Source of the DNA: an uncultured virus (IMG/VR IMGVR_UViG_3300020049_015491)
Taxonomy: Duplodnaviria > Heunggongvirae > Uroviricota > Caudoviricetes
Strand: one strand, 5' to 3'
Virus record (IMG/VR): IMGVR_UViG_3300020049_015491
DNA: 64,000 bases
Part shown: piece after piece, positions 59,022 through 64,000 of the stretch
Layout: every line of letters starts with the position of its first letter
How positions within the stretch are numbered: the stretch's first letter is position 1
The notes under the pieces: model-generated
What the model saw: the letters and a program-made list of their open reading frames with translations, nothing else
What the model was told of the DNA's origin: nothing
Database searches by the model: none
Translations under genes and position numbers: made by a program

Positions 59022-60254
59022 GTGACGAGAATGGCAGACGATCTGACCGATCTGACTTATCCAGTACCGACAGAATACGACATCCTTCAGATTGAGAGTA
59101 AAACGGATGCCTTAGCTCGGCAGTGGTTGACCAGGATTCAGACGAACTTCTGGCAGTTTGATGCTGCAGTACGAACCCGAGTTACATGGTTCAACGAACA
59201 GCATTATAATCCACTAAAAGTTTATGAAGGGATACTGGATCATTATACAGCTATACGCAGTGATCTCAGCCAATTCAAAGCATTTCTGGATAGCAACAAT
59301 TTTCCATTAACAAGCTCATATTATCAATATTATAATGCATATGCTCAATATTACGATGCTTATGCAGATGTGGCTACTCCACCTGCTTTGGTACAAGAAG
59401 ACTTAGATAAAGGACGAATAGTCGGTATTTGTGAAAAAGTAGATGACGGAGACACGATTTTCGTAAACGGTAAAGAAGTAAGACTGGTTGGAATTGATTC
59501 CAAAGAGAAAGGAACCTTCCGAGGAGGCATTACGGCTACCAAGCGCATGGAGGAACTGCTTCTCGGAAAGATGGTAACGGTATATTTCGACCCCCATACC
59601 CCTCTGGAGATGTACCGCCGAGTCCTGGGCGCGGTTTACTTGGGAGATGGAGATCGCGAAGCTCTGTATCTCAGGTCAGATTGGAAAGACATTTTCGTCA
59701 ATTACATTCTGGTAAATGAGTGCCTGGCAGAGCCTAATGACAAAGGCCGGAACCAATATATTGATCCGGAGATGTTTAAGGGAGCCTGGCAGAAATGCAA
59801 GCTGGCTGATTTTCCAGATCAGGTGCGGCTGACCATCAAAACTAAATCTACTCATGCAAGAATATACGTGGATGGGGTTGACTCCAATAAGGTAACTCCT
59901 GGATTCGTAGATGTGACGCCAGGCACCCATCACATAACCCTGGCCGCAGACGGTTGCAGCGCCTGGCATGAAGACATTACAGTAGGATATGGTGACAACA
60001 CGATATTCAGAACATTGGCCGCGTTACCAGTAGCCAATGGTGTAATATCCATATTTACTGTACCCAGCGATTGCGACATAATCTTGAATGATATGCCTCA
60101 GGGAGTAGCACCCATCATAGGGTTGCAGATTGTGGCCAGCCAACCAGCAGTGATCACGGCTACTAAAGAGGGTTTCGTGTCAAAAACGATAAGCATTGTC
60201 CCAGTAGCTGGCAGAAACATTGATGTGGTATTTGATCCACTTCAAAAAGCTTAA
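59022..60254 (+). CDS. SNase-domain protein with C-terminal PEGA repeats
   Basis: VDDGDT...VRLVGIDSKE...YRRVLG; IYVDG...TPG...PGTHHITL. Confidence 0.85.
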   Translation: MTRMADDLTDLTYPVPTEYDILQIESKTDALARQWLTRIQTNFWQFDAAVRTRVTWFNEQHYNPLKVYEGILDHYTAIRSDLSQFKAFLDSNNFPLTSSYYQYYNAYAQYYDAYADVATPPALVQEDLDKGRIVGICEKVDDGDTIFVNGKEVRLVGIDSKEKGTFRGGITATKRMEELLLGKMVTVYFDPHTPLEMYRRVLGAVYLGDGDREALYLRSDWKDIFVNYILVNECLAEPNDKGRNQYIDPEMFKGAWQKCKLADFPDQVRLTIKTKSTHARIYVDGVDSNKVTPGFVDVTPGTHHITLAADGCSAWHEDITVGYGDNTIFRTLAALPVANGVISIFTVPSDCDIILNDMPQGVAPIIGLQIVASQPAVITATKEGFVSKTISIVPVAGRNIDVVFDPLQKA

Positions 60255-60389
60255 ATAGGTTAAAAGACACGTAGGATATGCACCTCTAAGCAGAAGAGGG
60301 CCAGACTCTAAGGGAACGTCTCTGCAGCTTGCACGGCCAAACACCTTGCTCCCGGTGAATAGGTCCACCGGGGGCTAAAAATTACTTTT

Positions 60390-60779
60390 TCAGATGGTTA
60401 TAGGAAGAATAGCTGCTTTGCCATCTGGTTTGGTTATTTTGAGAATCTGGCCTATTTGAGTAAAATCAATACCCTCTTCGGTAATGATAAGTAACGCTCC
60501 TTTTCCGATTATCATTTCATCCGATAGAGAATATACTGTTATGGTTCTGGTAGATGTTTCTGTCTTTGCCTGATGTGCTTGCAGAAATCCGTCATCTACC
60601 ATGATCTTGAGGTGCTTCTTAAAACGATTTAACTTTTTCAACCTATCTGCATTATCTTCTTTCCCATTTTCGTCCACTTCGATGCCATAGATCTCGCGAA
60701 CCAGGTCGGTCAGAGATCTCTGACCTTCCCGTTGCAAGATTTCAATAGCTTTTATGTCATCCGGATTGATGGCCCACAT
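60390..60779 (-). CDS. Winged-helix protein
   Basis: SLTDLVREIY...HLKIMVDDGFL...VYSL. Confidence 0.6.
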   Translation of the reverse strand: MWAINPDDIKAIEILQREGQRSLTDLVREIYGIEVDENGKEDNADRLKKLNRFKKHLKIMVDDGFLQAHQAKTETSTRTITVYSLSDEMIIGKGALLIITEEGIDFTQIGQILKITKPDGKAAILPITI

Positions 60780-60787
60780 AGCTTCTC

Positions 60788-61651
60788 CTATTCTAGTGGT
60801 ATTGCTGCCATAGCGCTCTCGATGTCTGGTTGTCTCCCTCGGTAGATGGCTGCTGCAATCTTCATACGATATTTCTGAGCAGTACCTTCGAGTCTCGGAT
60901 CGCTGGCAACCCCTTTATAAAATTCCACCCATTCATTCGTTTTGGCAGGCGTTTTGGCAGGTGGTTTCTTCTGGACATTATCATCTGTTGCGACTGGCAC
61001 ATCTACAGGAACCTTTTTGTAGCCCGCGACCATGAAATTTTCGTCTATGACGGTTCTAGTACGCTCTATTAAATGGCGGAGTTCATTTTCGCACGCCGGA
61101 TCTCCATGATGACAAACGGCCTCAACGAATTGGGCATTTGCTCGTATGATATCCGCATCAGCAGCGCACATACCGCAGTTATTCGGAGAATTGGGTTCTT
61201 TGGTGGATTTTTGCTCTATCTCAAGCAGTTTGTCAAATTCATCAAATTGACCATGTTCGATCATTTGAAGTCCGTCGAGATAGATTTGTAACTTTTTTAC
61301 TGCTTTAGACTCAACATCCGGGTCCACATTTTTGTCTTTTACGTATGCATATTGCATATCTTTTTGTGATTTGGTGTTTGGAACCCAGGCTTTCCTCCCA
61401 TAATGATTGAGATAAGCTTCTGAGACGAAAAAAGTACAACCACATACTTGGTCTTCTGGTGGCCTGTTCGGGTCTTTAATCCTTACCAGAGCATCGTCAC
61501 AGGGGCAACTGGGTGCATGCTTGCATGGGCATTGTCCATTGTTTGTTTCCAGTACCTCAGCCCATTCCTGAGGTGAGATACGACCATGTATTTGAATGCC
61601 ATTTTTGGTTGCAAAATCAATGATCTCCAGAACTTTCGCACCCTTATCCAT
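60788..61651 (-). CDS. Protein with N-terminal ferredoxin-thioredoxin-reductase-like Cys motif
   Basis: GQCPC...CPC...VCGCTFF. Confidence 0.6.
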   Translation of the reverse strand: MDKGAKVLEIIDFATKNGIQIHGRISPQEWAEVLETNNGQCPCKHAPSCPCDDALVRIKDPNRPPEDQVCGCTFFVSEAYLNHYGRKAWVPNTKSQKDMQYAYVKDKNVDPDVESKAVKKLQIYLDGLQMIEHGQFDEFDKLLEIEQKSTKEPNSPNNCGMCAADADIIRANAQFVEAVCHHGDPACENELRHLIERTRTVIDENFMVAGYKKVPVDVPVATDDNVQKKPPAKTPAKTNEWVEFYKGVASDPRLEGTAQKYRMKIAAAIYRGRQPDIESAMAAIPLE

Positions 61652-62079
61652 TAGATCTCACTCCCTCTTTCTGCCCTCAGGGCGATAATGATCTTATTAA
61701 GCTTCTCCGGGATTGGAATATGAGCAGCCTCTTGCTCCTCAGCCCATTTCAGAATGGCCATGGAGTTAGATTTGTTATGAGATTTTGCAAAATGAACTGC
61801 TGCATCTATGAATCCCACTGGATTATCCGACATTTTGATTGCCCTAAGTATAACTTCTGCGCCATCTGATATTTCAGTAACGTCCTTTGCCATGTCATCC
61901 ATATACTCACGGCATTTGGTCTTATCTTTATCGTCTGGCAGAAATTCACACGCGGCGCGGGTAGATGCCCAAGCACCCATGATCCCTGGGAGTAAGCAGG
62001 GCAAGCATGGTTTTTCTTCTGCACCGGGTTCGGGTGTATTTTGACCACGAGCCTCTACAACCTTTATATCGTTTGCCAT
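61651..62079 (-). CDS. Hypothetical protein
   Basis: GGAG SD; coupled to the next gene. Confidence 0.65.
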   Translation of the reverse strand: MANDIKVVEARGQNTPEPGAEEKPCLPCLLPGIMGAWASTRAACEFLPDDKDKTKCREYMDDMAKDVTEISDGAEVILRAIKMSDNPVGFIDAAVHFAKSHNKSNSMAILKWAEEQEAAHIPIPEKLNKIIIALRAERGSEI

Positions 62080-62090
62080 ATTCGAACTCC

Positions 62091-62525
62091 TTAGCGTTTA
62101 ATATAATAAACCTTTTTTAATGGTTGAATTTTGTTGGGATCTACCAACACGGCATCTCCATTTATGATTGCTCCAACCAGTTTTGTTATGATTGAATCTG
62201 GAAAAACTACTATTGGTATCTTTCCCTTGGCCATAAGATCAAGCATTTCTGCGATGATTGACTCTTTTCGTACATTATCCGGTAGATCTTCTGGAGCCGG
62301 GCCGTCGCGCACAATCCGGTCAGCCACCAGATGATAATAGGCCGCCCAAGCCGCTTCTAAGCTTCTAGTAGCTTGATAGATGTCGGTTACTGTTTTGTCG
62401 TCATGGAATAACCGCCGATGGTTGGGTCCCTCACCGGACAAGATATCCATGAACTGATGGACATCAGTAAACTTCTTTCCAATCATAATGTCATCAATAT
62501 TAAAATGGATCTCATGCTGAGGCAT
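62091..62525 (-). CDS. His-rich hypothetical protein (possible metal hydrolase)
   Basis: VHQFMD...HRRLFHD...HLVAD. Confidence 0.6.
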   Translation of the reverse strand: MPQHEIHFNIDDIMIGKKFTDVHQFMDILSGEGPNHRRLFHDDKTVTDIYQATRSLEAAWAAYYHLVADRIVRDGPAPEDLPDNVRKESIIAEMLDLMAKGKIPIVVFPDSIITKLVGAIINGDAVLVDPNKIQPLKKVYYIKR

Positions 62526-62769
62526 CGGCTTCCTCCGATAACGGTTCTAGGGTATCTATGATCATCTTGGTAGTGAATAAGATACAATAGGAAACGAAAG
62601 AAGACTGGTCGTCATTGCATAAACCAGCTTCACTAGCCAGTGCTGAAGCATGAATGACAGCTTCCAATTCGCTCTTATCAACTTTGCCAGTTAGCACGCC
62701 AGTCTTGACCGGGAACCACATGTATCGAGTGTAGGGAAGGCAACCTTTATATGTATTTCTATAAATCAT
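62512..62769 (-). CDS. Hypothetical protein
   Basis: Overlaps the start of the next gene; start uncertain. Confidence 0.45.
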   Translation of the reverse strand: MIYRNTYKGCLPYTRYMWFPVKTGVLTGKVDKSELEAVIHASALASEAGLCNDDQSSFVSYCILFTTKMIIDTLEPLSEEADASA

Positions 62770-62774
62770 AATTT

Positions 62775-63962
62775 ATGACGCGCAAACCAGGTCGTCCTCC
62801 TGCTGACGAGGTATCAGACGTAGCTGCGAAGCAGGTATTGGATGCTAAGAAGATTACCACTAATGATGAGACTGCTGGTTTATTAGAGCGAGCAAATGCA
62901 ATGCTGGAGCAAACCGCAAAGAATGCTCTTTTGAACACGGCAGTGACCAGTGCTAAAAAGGCAGAAATAATTTCAAAACGTGAGCTAAAAGAAATCCAAG
63001 ATGAAGATATACCAAAAACAGGAAACAGCGTTCAAAGGATGGCTGGGGGTATGAGTGTGGATGATATTCGAACAGTTGCAGAAACATTACCTGAAGCTAA
63101 CCGAGAAGAATTTATTCGACAGGCACTGGGGATGCAAACCGCAATGAGTGGTGGGAATCCAATGATGAGCGCATGGTTCCAGAATAAAACTGCTCAGGCC
63201 CGTCAACCTCAACCAGCAACGGATACTCCACCTATGACCCTATCTGACACCATCCAGGCTATGATGGGCATGATGATGATGCAAAGTCAGATCAACCAAC
63301 AGAAGTCGGATGCCTGGAGGGAGCAGCAAGAGTTCGAAGAAAAGGCGCATAAAAGACGCATGGAAGAGCTTCGCGAAGCCAGGGGAAATAATGCTGTCCC
63401 TACAACCAGTCCAGAAATTGAAGCTCTTAAATTACAAATGGAATTTTATAAAGAAACCATAAAAGAAAATCAGGCATTGATCAAAGAGTTTGCTACGGCT
63501 AAACCAAATGCAGGCGACAGTGAACTGCGCACTGAAATAATGGCGCTCACAAAGAAGAATTTAGAAGATCAAAAACAGGCACTGGATGAGAAGGTTAAAA
63601 CCCTGGAAGGCAGATTGGCCGATGCCAGTCGGTTTAACCTCAATGTTCATGAAATGGTCAAGCAGGCTAACGAAGCCGGCGCGAACCTTCACGTTGGAGA
63701 TACTACCGATGTGCAGCTCGCGAACGAACATGAGTTCAGAATGGAACAGTTGAAGCAGCAATCTCTCCGAGAACAGCGAGACTATGAGCAATCCATAGCA
63801 AACGCCAATGCTCAGGCAGAAGCGGCCAGAGCCCAGCAAGATGCCATCAAAATGATCCTCACAGAGGTCGGAGGCGCAATCGTCCAAAGTAAATTTGCTC
63901 CACCCAAAAGCCTGGCTGAATCAAGTCCAAACGTACAATCGATAGTTGGGGGATATAAATGA
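62775..63962 (+). CDS. Coiled-coil, Met/Gln/Glu-rich hypothetical protein
   Basis: 395-aa ORF; ATGA overlap with a following ORF at the window edge. Confidence 0.75.
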   Translation: MTRKPGRPPADEVSDVAAKQVLDAKKITTNDETAGLLERANAMLEQTAKNALLNTAVTSAKKAEIISKRELKEIQDEDIPKTGNSVQRMAGGMSVDDIRTVAETLPEANREEFIRQALGMQTAMSGGNPMMSAWFQNKTAQARQPQPATDTPPMTLSDTIQAMMGMMMMQSQINQQKSDAWREQQEFEEKAHKRRMEELREARGNNAVPTTSPEIEALKLQMEFYKETIKENQALIKEFATAKPNAGDSELRTEIMALTKKNLEDQKQALDEKVKTLEGRLADASRFNLNVHEMVKQANEAGANLHVGDTTDVQLANEHEFRMEQLKQQSLREQRDYEQSIANANAQAEAARAQQDAIKMILTEVGGAIVQSKFAPPKSLAESSPNVQSIVGGYK

Positions 63963-64000
63963 CACTACCCCAACTAAAAATTATTCTTGATGTTTTTCGT

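Noticed and set aside
60255..60389. Third BHB-type element between convergent genes
   Set aside because: Contains hairpins (CCCGGTG...CACCGGG) but no 3-4-3 geometry; more likely a terminator region
1..64000. Genome-wide TAG reassignment
   Set aside because: Many genes end in TAG followed by T-tracts or an immediate ATG, and very long ORFs contain no TAG
1..64000. CRISPR array, tRNA or rRNA genes
   Set aside because: No regularly spaced repeat-spacer units or cloverleaf/rRNA signatures seen by eye; a tRNAscan run would be needed to be certain

Overview
A 64-kb segment of a large archaeal extrachromosomal element, most likely a virus of a Methanosarcinales/Methanothrix-type methanogen. The host inference rests on BRE-TATA promoters, GAGGTG Shine-Dalgarno sites, and MC1, DUF1699 and archaeal-type PolB/ThyA genes. 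No terminase, portal or capsid gene is recognisable. Layout: glycosyltransferases, an MC1 chromatin protein and a Sak4-like ATPase (1.5-7.7 kb); a leftward array of small early-type hypothetical genes (7.7-21 kb) headed by a promoter and a ~740-nt highly structured non-coding region; a palindrome-rich GC-skew switch (21.7-23.2 kb); a primase-helicase with an adjacent iteron-like origin candidate (27.9-31.1 kb); DNA and nucleotide metabolism genes (DinG-like helicase, PolB, MazG-like, ThyA-like, ERCC4-like, NrdG-like, exonuclease); and very large putative virion proteins with SNase and PEGA domains (46.7-60.3 kb). Four IS200/IS605 TnpB elements could be delimited to the base by hand. Main observations: (1) two co-varying bulge-helix-bulge (BHB) RNA hairpins outside any tRNA/rRNA, predicted to yield ~57-59-nt circular RNAs; (2) the large structured RNA candidate; (3) a strand-polarised CTGATGAG cluster; (4) a TnpB IS inserted exactly at a start codon that supplies its own outward-facing SD; (5) a transposase-free 2.9-kb insertion between 7-bp direct repeats whose removal restores a split gene; (6) an MC1 with an H1-like tail. 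All family calls come from motif recognition by eye; no searches were run.
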